Below, piece after piece: positions 1-9,346 of a stretch of DNA of 64,000 nt. Position numbers and translations under genes: made by a program. Origin of the DNA: an uncultured Elusimicrobia bacterium (GTDB lineage Bacteria; Elusimicrobiota; Elusimicrobia; 2-01-FULL-59-12); contig OY969767.1 in assembly GCA_963702895.1 (NCBI GenBank), positions 2,208,001 through 2,272,000 of the forward strand, read 5' to 3'. Under the pieces are notes generated by a model. That model was not told where the DNA came from and ran no database searches. It worked only from the letters and a program-made list of their open reading frames with translations. Each line of letters begins with the position of its first letter. Within the stretch, counting starts at the first letter, position 1.

Positions 1-1134
1 GACACCGAAAGCATAACAGCCGGCCGAGCAAAAAGAAAAATTCGCGGCGCTGTCATCGAGATAATTGGTTCCGCCACCTGTTGCCGTGCCGGCAGTATTG
101 ATGTTGACGGCATTAAAAACAGTGTCGTTTTTTCGATTGTTCCAATAATAAGAATCCGAAACATGTTGCGGCTGGCCGTCGGGCGATGTGACGGGTGGCG
201 AAATGGAATCGTCATATTCTTCTGAAATGCGAGAGTAAACACTGCCGCTGGTCAGAACCTTGTTCCAAAAGACAAGCGCCCTTCCACCACGCTGACCCAG
301 GAAAGGGGAAGCTGCATACGAACCTCCATTGACGAGATTACCGTAAACCTCAACCCCCATGGTGGCGCTGACCCCGGAAGGTTGATTCCCATGTTCATCA
401 AATAACGGGAAAACGCTTTTAGAGAGATTGTAAGTATTGTATCGATTGGCATATCTCCCTCCGTGACCACCCGTATCCATGGTCTGCGAGGTGTTAAAGA
501 CGTTGTCCTCGTAATATAAATTGTCCGCGGTTCCATATTTAAACGTGAGGTTCGTCCAAGCTGCTGACTGCAACCCCAGGTTGTCAAAATGCACCGCTCC
601 AGTGAAGGTATTGTGATCCACCACGCCATAGACAGGCCCTGAGATCATCATCGTCGCAAGAGGAGTCCATTGGCAGTTCACAAAATTATTATGGTCAATT
701 CTGACTTTATTGACCGGAAAGAATACATTCGTGTTGGCTAAGAGCAAGGCGGGCGAGGTGTTGTTCAGATCAAAAGTAAAACCAGTTACTCTGAAGGGTT
801 CATTCGATGCCGGGTTCGTGGGAAGATAAGAAATCAAATACGAAGTATTTGGCATGTTCGATCGAATGAGTGTATGGCCTATGCCTGTGCCTTGAAAGAT
901 GACACCCTTCTTAATCTCAAGAGTGCTAGTCCATACGCATGAACCGGCGGGCACGAGCACCGTGTCCCCAGATGCTGCTGCCGTAATCGCCGCCTGCACG
1001 TCGGTCTGAGAACAACTGGCGGCGGTGACCGTGGCCGCCTGAACGGCCAACGGCGAAAATAGAAAATAGACAATAGACAGACCAGATAATCCATTTGCTA
1101 TTGTCCATTGTCGCCTTTGGCCGTTGACGTTCAC
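1..1134 (-). CDS. Secreted parallel beta-helix protein, sixth array member (runs off window; absent from ORF track)
   Basis: GTG at 1134 overlaps the TGA of the upstream gene (GTGA 1131-1134). Manual translation gives MNVNGQRRQWTIANGLSGLSIVYFLFSPLAVQA-ATVTAASCSQTDVQAAITAAASGDTVLVPAGSCVW...RIDHNNF...YGTADNLYYEDN, the same module as in the paralogs. Confidence 0.88.
   Translation of the reverse strand, partial: MNVNGQRRQWTIANGLSGLSIVYFLFSPLAVQAATVTAASCSQTDVQAAITAAASGDTVLVPAGSCVWTSTLEIKKGVIFQGTGIGHTLIRSNMPNTSYLISYLPTNPASNEPFRVTGFTFDLNNTSPALLLANTNVFFPVNKVRIDHNNFVNCQWTPLATMMISGPVYGVVDHNTFTGAVHFDNLGLQSAAWTNLTFKYGTADNLYYEDNVFNTSQTMDTGGHGGRYANRYNTYNLSKSVFPLFDEHGNQPSGVSATMGVEVYGNLVNGGSYAASPFLGQRGGRALVFWNKVLTSGSVYSRISEEYDDSISPPVTSPDGQPQHVSDSYYWNNRKNDTVFNAVNINTAGTATGGGTNYLDDSAANFSFCSAGCYAFGV
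1056..1110. repeat. Heptamer-armed hairpin (AATAGAC/A units) inside a signal-peptide coding region
   Basis: aaatagaaaatagacaatagacaga ... tccatttgctattgtccattg, imperfect inverted arms. Confidence 0.65.
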
Positions 1135-4100
1135 TTAATCACCACCACTTGCCCCGTCTTTTTGGCTCCGCCGTCGGCCTTCAGGACATACACGTAAATC
1201 CCGGAAGCCACCCGGTCGCCGCTCTCATTGGTCAGGTCCCAGGTGATGGAGCTGCTTGAGGTGGGCAGCGTCTTCACGTGATGCCCCGAGACCGTGAAGA
1301 TCTTGATCTCGGTATCGATCGTGAGACTGTCAAAAGTGACGGACCTCGCCGCGTGCCGGTCGCTCCGCCAAGGGTTGGGATAGACCCGGACCTGATCGAG
1401 ATTGGCTGACACCAGCGTTACCTGCGCCGAAGCCGGCGCCGAGGCCGTGCCCGCCGCGTCATAGGCGGTGACCGTCACTACGTAAGGACCAAGGTCCAGT
1501 CCCGCCGTGGCGAGATTCGCCTGCGGGGTCTGGGTGGTGAAGGAAGCGGAGCGGGCTGCGCTCGGTGCATGAACCGGCGAGCCGGCGACAGGGCGAGCCG
1601 GCGTCTGTGATGTTTCGCCGATTCCCCGATTCGCCGGTGCGCCGATTCGGTCAATGGGATTGAACGTCCACCCAAAATACGCCGCCGGTGTCGAACCGGT
1701 GTAGCCAGCCGAGACTTGAGCGTTCACCGGCAGATAAGCAGGCAGATCGAGCGTCGGCGTGGCGAGCCCCCCCGGCGGAGGAGGTGGAGGCGGCGGGGGC
1801 GGCGGCAGGACGGGGCCATAACAGTTGTTGGCATTAAAGTTCAGGACACCATTGGTTCTGGATGTGGTCTCAAAGCACACGCGTGCTGGAATTTTATAGA
1901 CATGACCGCCCACGCCGCTCACATTGCCACCGGTCACGTCTGGCCCAATCGAGGGCCAGGGGATCGCGGTGGGCCACCAGCTCGGCTTGGCCGAAAGATA
2001 AAGCGAGGCCGGTAGATCGTTTGTTGATGGAACAGGGTTGGAGAACTGGCTGAGTCCCGAGGGGACTTCGCTGGCGAGAAAGCGGGAGGTCCCGTTCACA
2101 GTGTCGTAGTTCCCCCAGCGAAGCAGTGTGGATTTGACGAGCGGATCTTCGAAGGAAGCGGGCAAGTTCCCAGAATCCCCCAACCGGAAAATCGACGTCT
2201 CGGGGCTCGTGAAGGAGGGGGTGACCGACTCGTAATTGGTGTGGTAGCCCGATCTTCCCAGCACATTACCGATGATGTTGAAAAAGCGGGTGAAGGAGTA
2301 GAGATTCACCGGCACGGTCTGAGCGGTCTTACCGGTCTCCCAGCCAATGAAATAATTTCGGAAGGCTGTAATGAAATGGTGGGTGCCGTGGATCACGTCC
2401 GCCGTGAAACCGGGCCCTTCATTGCCTTCATGCAGAATATATTCCGTGCCCGCCGCATGGGCGTAATTGCTGCCCTGCATCCAGTTGGCGGAGGCTGCGT
2501 AGTAATCATCGAACGCATAGTTGTAGGCTTCCACCAGGCCCGAGGCGGAGCCGCCCACCATCAAGGGCCCTGCGATATGATGGAAAATGTTGTTCTCCAC
2601 CAAATTGTCGGACCCCATATACGATTCAACCCCATAGCTTTGCGAGGCGGCATGCCGGGTGCCGTAGAAATAGCTATCACGCACCGTACAGTGCGCCGAC
2701 TCGTAGAGCCAGACGTGATTGCGGTCAGAGTTCAAATCTCGGACATTCTTGACCCAGCAGTCGTAGCACCAGATGAGGTAGATGTCTGAGCGGTTCCCGG
2801 ACGTGTTGAAGGTGTTATCCACAGACAGGTCTTCCACGCCGTTGCCGGAGGAGAACCCGCTCGAGTTCCCCCACCAGGCATGCGGGCTCTGTGACGCTCG
2901 CCAGTTCGGCATATAGAGACCCGGCGAGATGGTGACCAAGTTCCCGGCGATCGCGCTGACCTTGGTGAACTGCTGCTGAGCTCGATTGGGTTGGGCCCCG
3001 CCAGCCGGTCCTTGGTCCGCGCAGACACCTCCGGTGTCGCAGGCAAACACAGCTCCGGTATCCGCCGGATCATTGAGCTGGTCCAGAACGATCACCATCC
3101 CCACCGATAAACCGGTCGTATGGCTGAGCGTGATTTGGGTGGTTCCCTTGGCATAACCCGCTGTCCAGTTCGCGGTGTAGCGGGGGCTTTCCACGTAGTA
3201 GCTGTTGTCGGATGCTGCAACGCAGATATTGGCGCCCATCCCGCGGCACCGCGAACCGGACAGGAAGTTCAAGTAGGTTTTATCCGCCCCCGCCCCGCGT
3301 AGGGTCACGTTGTTCTTGCCGTTGAAATCAATGCCTTCCGAAAGGGTATAGGTCCCCGCAGGGATGTAAACGACCTGACCACTGGGGCAGGCTTGGATGG
3401 CGCTGTTGATCTCGGCGGCGCTGGCAAACGGAGGCAGGGTCGCGCAGATCGTGGTGCGGTTGGGAATCCCTCCGACCACGCCCGCCTGGCTCCAGTCGAT
3501 GGCCCGGGCGGGATCGAGGATGCCGGACCAAGGGATACCCGGCGGCGAAGTGGGCGCCTGCGTCGTAGCGCTGGCCGCGGCCGAGAGCGCCGAGACATTG
3601 CCGGCCGCATCATAAGCCGTCACGCGGTAGCTGTAAGACGTCGAAGACACAAGGCCCGTGCTTATATAGGAAGTCCCACTGGTGACGCTCGAGATCCAGA
3701 CCCCATTGCGATAAATCCCGTAGCCTGCCACCCCGACCGCATCGGTCGAGGCGGTCCAGGAAAGATTGATCGCTGTCGAAGAGACAGCCACCGCCGCAAG
3801 GCCCGTCGGCACGGATGGTGGGGTCGTGTCTGGCGGAGGGGGTGCTCCACTTGTTGCGGCGACGTAGAGGGTTTTGCTTGCGTAAAGCGGGTAAACCCTC
3901 ACGTCCAGCGATCCGCCGCCCACAGAGCAAGTGTAAGGACTTGCGTTGTCGACCGTGGTCGGGATGCGGTCTTCATAGCAAACCACGAACCGGACAAGCT
4001 CCGCATCGGAAGGCGTTACGGTCACCACCCCGCCCGACTGAGAATACGTCGCTGAGAGATCGTAGCCGCCAGGCCTATAGGAATACGCTCCGATGTCCGG

Positions 4101-5813
4101 TGCCGCGTTAGAACCATAGTAGACAGGTTCCCCGTTGGCCCAGGTAAACGGCGCCATAACCGTAATGGCATCACCGGAGATGGCAGATATTCTGACGGTG
4201 TCGTCGCCCACCGTGATGACATCGCCCACCACAAGATTGCCGCCATACTGAGTTAAATTAAGGTTATCCGCTCTGAAAAATCCGCCGCCATTGGCAAGCA
4301 CGTTAAAGGTGGTTCCTGTGCCGCCGCCACTGGTCGCGGTGAGCGGCCCCCCTCTCCCTCTGGCGCCGGAATGACTTTGCAGATGAAAGTCATCGTTGGC
4401 GTAATCCACAAACTGGGGGTTGGCGTTCCATTGGCCGTGCAGTTGAGTAGAAAATGGAGGAGCGAAGGTGACCGCTCCCTGCGGATCGTATCCCAAGTTG
4501 TAATCTATTTGATAGGTCATGCCCGCGCGATTACAACTGTTGTCTAAACTTAAACAGTACACCTCAAGATTGGACGCAGCACTATTTCCCCAACTCTCAT
4601 ATTCCAGGTTGTTGAGGATATAGGCATGATTCACCAAGGTGCCATACCAAGCCAGCCCATAGCGAACAGTGGGGTTGTACTCTTGTAAGTCAGCAGCCGT
4701 ATTATTGTAATACCGTATGTGGGTAATCGGCCCGACGGTGACCTGATTGATTCCCACGCCGCCGCTGCTCACATTGTGCCAGACGTTGCGGCGGAAGATA
4801 TTTTCCGTCATGGGGCCGCAGGCACCGGTGCAATTCCCGGGTTGGCCGTGACTGATCTGGGCCGTATGTTCATCCCCGGCGTTGCCGACACCCACTTGGA
4901 AGTGGCTCTCAATCAAACTGTTGCTCCAGCCCCGATTGTTTGAGCCGGTCTGAAAAACATCGGAATGACCACCCGAAGCTTCACTGAAATCGTGCGTGTA
5001 ATTTCCAATCCATCGGTTATGGGAGCCCATGATCAAGAATCCGTCGGGATGGGAATTATAAACTTCGTTATAGGCGATCAAACTATTGTCTCCAACAGTG
5101 CCGACAGCCATGCCGGAACCGTTGCCGATGCCGAAATTCGCTAAGGTGTTGCCGATGATGAGGCTATTATTAATCACTCCGGTGCAGCCGTAGCCGCATC
5201 GGATGCCATTACCTATCCCATTTCGAATGGTGTTGTTCCAAAACTCTAAATAGCTAACGGTACCGCATATCAAAACAACCCCACTTTGCATGTTGCAGGA
5301 TCCTTGATCCGAATCCATGACAAAGCCTATGACACGAATGAAGCTGTTGCCGGTAAAATCAAACCCGCAGACCGTGACGGCTCCGTCAGCCATGAACGTA
5401 ACGGTGTTCGCCACGGATGTGCCATTCACCGCCGGTGTAACGCGCTCTTCATACGTTCCGGGCTGAACGCGGACCACATCGCCCGCGCTGACGTGATCGG
5501 CCGCCCAGTCGATGGTCCGCCACGCCCCGCCCGAGGTGTTCGTCAATCCGGTGTTGGTGTTGTTCCCATCGGTGCGGACATAATAGGTGGCCGCCTGCGC
5601 CGCCGGAGCAGCCAGCAGCAAGAGAAGGCTGTATCGGAGTAACGGGGTAACGGTGTATCGGAGTAACGGAGTAACGGTGTATCGGGGTAACACCTCTAAG
5701 AGCGTAATGTGTTTACGTTGCTGTGACTCCGATACTCCGATACGCCCCGCCATCACATCGTTGGCGGGCCCGCCGTGATGTAGTGGCGGGCGATACGCCG
5801 ATACGAAGTTCAC
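1131..5813 (-). CDS. Secreted protein: beta-helix module, FN3, second pectin-lyase-like beta-helix module, Pro linker, Ig-like domain and FlgD-Ig/T9SS-A-like CTD
   Basis: Signal peptide LLLLLAAPAAQA. Asn-rich beta-helix repeats ending DIGAY. FN3 motif DTTPPSVPTGL...YRVTAYDAAGN. C-terminus VRVYPNPW...WDLTNESGDRVASGIYVY...KKTGQVVVIK. Confidence 0.88.
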   Translation of the reverse strand: MNFVSAYRPPLHHGGPANDVMAGRIGVSESQQRKHITLLEVLPRYTVTPLLRYTVTPLLRYSLLLLLAAPAAQAATYYVRTDGNNTNTGLTNTSGGAWRTIDWAADHVSAGDVVRVQPGTYEERVTPAVNGTSVANTVTFMADGAVTVCGFDFTGNSFIRVIGFVMDSDQGSCNMQSGVVLICGTVSYLEFWNNTIRNGIGNGIRCGYGCTGVINNSLIIGNTLANFGIGNGSGMAVGTVGDNSLIAYNEVYNSHPDGFLIMGSHNRWIGNYTHDFSEASGGHSDVFQTGSNNRGWSNSLIESHFQVGVGNAGDEHTAQISHGQPGNCTGACGPMTENIFRRNVWHNVSSGGVGINQVTVGPITHIRYYNNTAADLQEYNPTVRYGLAWYGTLVNHAYILNNLEYESWGNSAASNLEVYCLSLDNSCNRAGMTYQIDYNLGYDPQGAVTFAPPFSTQLHGQWNANPQFVDYANDDFHLQSHSGARGRGGPLTATSGGGTGTTFNVLANGGGFFRADNLNLTQYGGNLVVGDVITVGDDTVRISAISGDAITVMAPFTWANGEPVYYGSNAAPDIGAYSYRPGGYDLSATYSQSGGVVTVTPSDAELVRFVVCYEDRIPTTVDNASPYTCSVGGGSLDVRVYPLYASKTLYVAATSGAPPPPDTTPPSVPTGLAAVAVSSTAINLSWTASTDAVGVAGYGIYRNGVWISSVTSGTSYISTGLVSSTSYSYRVTAYDAAGNVSALSAAASATTQAPTSPPGIPWSGILDPARAIDWSQAGVVGGIPNRTTICATLPPFASAAEINSAIQACPSGQVVYIPAGTYTLSEGIDFNGKNNVTLRGAGADKTYLNFLSGSRCRGMGANICVAASDNSYYVESPRYTANWTAGYAKGTTQITLSHTTGLSVGMVIVLDQLNDPADTGAVFACDTGGVCADQGPAGGAQPNRAQQQFTKVSAIAGNLVTISPGLYMPNWRASQSPHAWWGNSSGFSSGNGVEDLSVDNTFNTSGNRSDIYLIWCYDCWVKNVRDLNSDRNHVWLYESAHCTVRDSYFYGTRHAASQSYGVESYMGSDNLVENNIFHHIAGPLMVGGSASGLVEAYNYAFDDYYAASANWMQGSNYAHAAGTEYILHEGNEGPGFTADVIHGTHHFITAFRNYFIGWETGKTAQTVPVNLYSFTRFFNIIGNVLGRSGYHTNYESVTPSFTSPETSIFRLGDSGNLPASFEDPLVKSTLLRWGNYDTVNGTSRFLASEVPSGLSQFSNPVPSTNDLPASLYLSAKPSWWPTAIPWPSIGPDVTGGNVSGVGGHVYKIPARVCFETTSRTNGVLNFNANNCYGPVLPPPPPPPPPPPGGLATPTLDLPAYLPVNAQVSAGYTGSTPAAYFGWTFNPIDRIGAPANRGIGETSQTPARPVAGSPVHAPSAARSASFTTQTPQANLATAGLDLGPYVVTVTAYDAAGTASAPASAQVTLVSANLDQVRVYPNPWRSDRHAARSVTFDSLTIDTEIKIFTVSGHHVKTLPTSSSSITWDLTNESGDRVASGIYVYVLKADGGAKKTGQVVVIK
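1571..1648. repeat. Octamer-armed hairpin in frame in the C-terminal Ig-like domain
   Basis: GAACCGGC/GAGCCGGC units facing TCGCCGAT/TCCCCGAT units. Confidence 0.75.
5631..5804. repeat. Octamer-armed palindrome (CGGnGTAW; 24-bp higher-order unit) with nested CCCGCC..GGCGGG hairpins, encoding the protein leader
   Basis: gtatcggagtaacggggtaacggt-type unit x2 plus a partial unit; opposite arm actccgatactccgatac; encodes RYTVTPLL repeats. Confidence 0.85.
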
Positions 5814-8800
5814 TTAATCACCACCACCTTCCCTGTCTTTTTGGCTCCGCCTTCCGCCTTCAGGTGATAGACATAGATCCCCGAGGCCACCCGGTCGCCG
5901 CTTTCATTGGTCAGGTCCCAGGTGACGGAGCTGCTTGAGCTCGGCAGCGTCTTCACATGGTGCCCCGAAACCGTGAAGATCTTGATCTCGGTATCGATCG
6001 TGAGACTGTCAAAAGTGACGGATCTCGCCGCGTGGCGGTCGCTCCGCCAAGGGTTGGGATAGACCCGCACCTGATCGAGATTGGCTGACACCAGCGTCAC
6101 CTGCGCCGATGCCGGTGAAGAGGCGCTGCCGGAGGCGTCATGGGCGGTGACGGTCACGAGGTATGTTCCCAGGTCAAGGTTCTGCGCGGCGAGGCTTGCG
6201 ACCGTTGAAGCGGTGGTGAAAGAGGCGCTGGGAGCATGTCCTGCGCCCAGCGTCCCGCGTCCCGCGTCTGGCGTCTCGCGTCCGACGTCAACCGCTGTCG
6301 GTGCTGGACTCGGGACCCGGGACTCGGGACTCGAGACTTGCGACGCGGGACTCGAGACTCGGGACTCGGGACTCGAGACTTGCGACGCGGGACTCGAGAC
6401 TCGGGACGCGGGACCCACCATCGACGTGAACGTCCAACTGAAATACGCCGGCGCCACAGACCCGCCGTAGCCGGCGCGCACTTCGGCGTTCACCGGCAAA
6501 TACGCGGGCAAATTCAGTGTCGGTGTAGCCAGGCTGCCGCCGGGCGGAGGCGGCGGAGGCGGCGGCGGTGGAGCGACTGTTGGGCAGTTACCGGAAGGGC
6601 AATACTCATAGGCTCCGATGTCCCAGGCACTCCCTTGTGGGCGGACGATGTTATCCTTGTCGTAGTTAAAACCAGCCTGAGGAACACCCACATTGATCGC
6701 AGGACTCACGGACTGAAGATGAAAATCGAAACGCGCAGGATCAACGAAGGCTGGGTCCTGATTGATGAGATCGGTAGGAGCGTAACGATTGGGGTAACCA
6801 AGCCGGTTTAAGAGGTTATGGCCGGACGAAATAATGACACCACCCGTCGCGCCGTCAGCCCAGTAGTTGGATCCAGCGTTGTAAAAGATATTGTTCTCAA
6901 CGATGCCGCTCGCGCCATCACTATAACCTATGCCGTGATACATGAGTTCAGCAAAGACATTGTTGTAGGCGTCGACATGGGTCACTTGCTCGACGCAGAG
7001 TCCCCACGCTCCTCCGGGCTGGCCGTCGGCAAAGGTTCCATGGAAGATGTTGTTGCGGAAGGTGAGGTGGGAGGAGTTGTGGTGGAAGGACGCTTCTGCC
7101 ATGAGTCCCTGATGGAAACTGGAACAGAAGTTCCCCTCAAAAATGATATTTCTGGCGTATTCCCCGTTGTTGTCGTACGTCTGGAAACAATCCACATGCG
7201 CCGCGGCGATCTCGGTTTGCAGGGTTCCGTGGAAATAGTTGTTTCGAAAGAGGATGTTTTCGCCAAAAAACCGCGAATAGTCCGAGTCCCCACTGCCCGG
7301 ATTAATTAAACGCTCGACTTCATTGTTTTCGATCACCCAATCCACCCCGCTGGCGACAATGCCCATCCCCGGTCGATAAATGCGGTTGTTGGCGATTTTG
7401 ACTCCTCTTTTGTAAGGCGGACTCCAAGCCCCCACAATCCCAGAACCGCTGTCATAAATGTAATTGTCCATCACTTCGACATAATCGCTGCCAACATAGA
7501 CGCCTTGCGTCTCATCCCAACCGGTGAGACCAAGAGTCGAAATGTTGAAGCCCTCAAGGCGCAGATAATTCGCGTTACGCGTGTTGAAGCCCTTCAGAGT
7601 GACCGATCGCCTCGGCTCGGCCCGGAAGGAAATACGAGCCCCTTCCTGCCCCGAGGCGCCGGACGGGAACCGAATTCGCTCCGGATAATTCCCCGCTTTG
7701 ACCACGACTGTTTCACCCGCCTTGACGGTATTGGCGGCCTTTTGAATGGTTTTCCAGGGCAAGACATCGGTCCCAGGATTGCTGTCGCTGGCGGAAGCAT
7801 GGTTCTGGTCGACATAGTAGGTGTTGGCAACGAGGGGGTGGGGGTAGGTGTAGGGGGTGTAGTAAGCAATCCAGGTGTTCGGCGCGGTGCATTGGTAGAG
7901 TGTGCCGGAAATCAGACTTGCCGGATTGGCACCGACCCTGCCGGTGAGATCCGTGCAGGATTGGTCCGTGGCCCAATAGCCGACACCGGGAGCGCAGGTT
8001 GCGGGGCGAGAGGCCAGCGTGCCGCACCCGACACCGGTGGCTCCATCGAATCCCGATTCCACGAACTTAAACCAATGGACATTTTCTGTTACTGTATAAC
8101 CGCAAGATGAATTGCAGTCTTTCATCCCCCTGCTATAGAGATTCGTTACTGCGCCTGTCATGCTGCCTTTTCGATTATTCCACGCATAGGTATCACTGAT
8201 GTGTTGCGGCTGGGTGTTCGTTGAAGGGCAATAAACACATTCACAGGATTCAATGGGATTTGTCGATGATCCCTCGGAATCCCTGATCCCCCAGCCGCTA
8301 AAACCGCTGGAGGTATAATTATTGAAAATAAGATGTTTGCCGCCTCTGAAATCGGTGTAACCATCAACTAAGGTAATATGATTGCCGTACATCTCTGACC
8401 CAAAACAAGACCGATAAGAACAAATACCGCTGCTCCCTGCGGCATCCCCATGCTGGTCAAACAACGGGTAACTTCCAGGGGAAGTGGCAACGATGGTGTT
8501 GTAGCGAAAAGCGTACCGATTCCCATATTGGCAATCGGCAACAACTTGACTGGCCTGAATATTGTTATCTTCCAGATAGAAATTGTCTGCTGTGCCGAAC
8601 GTCAAACCTGGCCAATTATCCCACCAATCCTGATCATCACCGCTGGAGAATCGGATGGGATAGCTGGTCCCGCTAAAGGTGTTGTGATCGGCGACGCCCC
8701 GATAACCGTTGATCGTGAGGGCCTGATCATGGGAATTGAGAAAAACATTATGATCGATTCGGATCTTGTTCTGAATGGTGAGACCAGAGCTTGAATAAGC

Positions 8801-9346
8801 CAGGACGATTCCACCGGTCTTATAATTAAAGTTAAAGGTAAAACTGGATAGCCTGAAGGCCCAATTTTGTGAAAAATCCGATGGCCGATAAAAAATTAAT
8901 ATAGGGCCTGTCCAGTCATAAATACCCGTGTAATCAGCAGTGATTGTAATATTGCCCGCCCCCGGCCCTACGATGTTCAGTCCTTTACTTATACACAGAG
9001 CAGCCCTTGTATTAGAGCCTGCGCAAGTACGGTAGGTGCTCCAGGTGGCACTGCCTGCCGGGATGATGACGGTATCTTCCGGCGCCGCCGCGTCAACGGC
9101 CGCCTGCACGTCCGCCTGACTGCAGCTGGCGGCATTGATCGTGGCCGCCTGCGCCGCCGGAGCAGCCAGCAGCAAGAGAAGGCTGTATCGGAGTAACGGG
9201 GTAACGGTGTATCGGAGTAACGTAGTAACGGTGTATCGGAGTAACGGAGTAACGGTGTATCGGGGTAACACCTCTAACAGCGTACTGTGTTCACGTTGCC
9301 GTGACTCCGGTACCCCGATACTCCGATACCCCGTTACGGAAATCAT
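5810..9346 (-). CDS. Secreted protein with two beta-helix modules (second DUF1565-like) and FlgD-Ig/T9SS-A-like CTD
   Basis: Signal peptide, AASCSQADVQAA module, YYVD..SDSNPGT..PWKTIQKAA module, DIGAYE, poly-Pro linker, shared C-terminal domain. Confidence 0.88.
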   Translation of the reverse strand: MISVTGYRSIGVPESRQREHSTLLEVLPRYTVTPLLRYTVTTLLRYTVTPLLRYSLLLLLAAPAAQAATINAASCSQADVQAAVDAAAPEDTVIIPAGSATWSTYRTCAGSNTRAALCISKGLNIVGPGAGNITITADYTGIYDWTGPILIFYRPSDFSQNWAFRLSSFTFNFNYKTGGIVLAYSSSGLTIQNKIRIDHNVFLNSHDQALTINGYRGVADHNTFSGTSYPIRFSSGDDQDWWDNWPGLTFGTADNFYLEDNNIQASQVVADCQYGNRYAFRYNTIVATSPGSYPLFDQHGDAAGSSGICSYRSCFGSEMYGNHITLVDGYTDFRGGKHLIFNNYTSSGFSGWGIRDSEGSSTNPIESCECVYCPSTNTQPQHISDTYAWNNRKGSMTGAVTNLYSRGMKDCNSSCGYTVTENVHWFKFVESGFDGATGVGCGTLASRPATCAPGVGYWATDQSCTDLTGRVGANPASLISGTLYQCTAPNTWIAYYTPYTYPHPLVANTYYVDQNHASASDSNPGTDVLPWKTIQKAANTVKAGETVVVKAGNYPERIRFPSGASGQEGARISFRAEPRRSVTLKGFNTRNANYLRLEGFNISTLGLTGWDETQGVYVGSDYVEVMDNYIYDSGSGIVGAWSPPYKRGVKIANNRIYRPGMGIVASGVDWVIENNEVERLINPGSGDSDYSRFFGENILFRNNYFHGTLQTEIAAAHVDCFQTYDNNGEYARNIIFEGNFCSSFHQGLMAEASFHHNSSHLTFRNNIFHGTFADGQPGGAWGLCVEQVTHVDAYNNVFAELMYHGIGYSDGASGIVENNIFYNAGSNYWADGATGGVIISSGHNLLNRLGYPNRYAPTDLINQDPAFVDPARFDFHLQSVSPAINVGVPQAGFNYDKDNIVRPQGSAWDIGAYEYCPSGNCPTVAPPPPPPPPPPGGSLATPTLNLPAYLPVNAEVRAGYGGSVAPAYFSWTFTSMVGPASRVSSPASQVSSPESRVSSPASQVSSPESRVPSPAPTAVDVGRETPDAGRGTLGAGHAPSASFTTASTVASLAAQNLDLGTYLVTVTAHDASGSASSPASAQVTLVSANLDQVRVYPNPWRSDRHAARSVTFDSLTIDTEIKIFTVSGHHVKTLPSSSSSVTWDLTNESGDRVASGIYVYHLKAEGGAKKTGKVVVIK
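6250..6416. repeat. Heptamer-armed hairpin (GCGTCCC / GGACTCG) in frame in the C-terminal Ig-like domain
   Basis: About 5 GCGTCnn units facing about 16 nGACnCG units; encodes SRVSSPASQVSSPE. Confidence 0.85.
9185..9337. repeat. Octamer-armed palindrome encoding the protein leader
   Basis: Three 24-bp units; opposite arm actccggtaccccgatactccgataccccgttac. Confidence 0.85.

Noticed and set aside
879..1108. Short ORFs 926..1108 and 879..1094 suggesting a frameshifted pseudogene
   Set aside because: The third frame from GTG 1134 is open, with a signal peptide and the mature module; the gene simply runs off the window.
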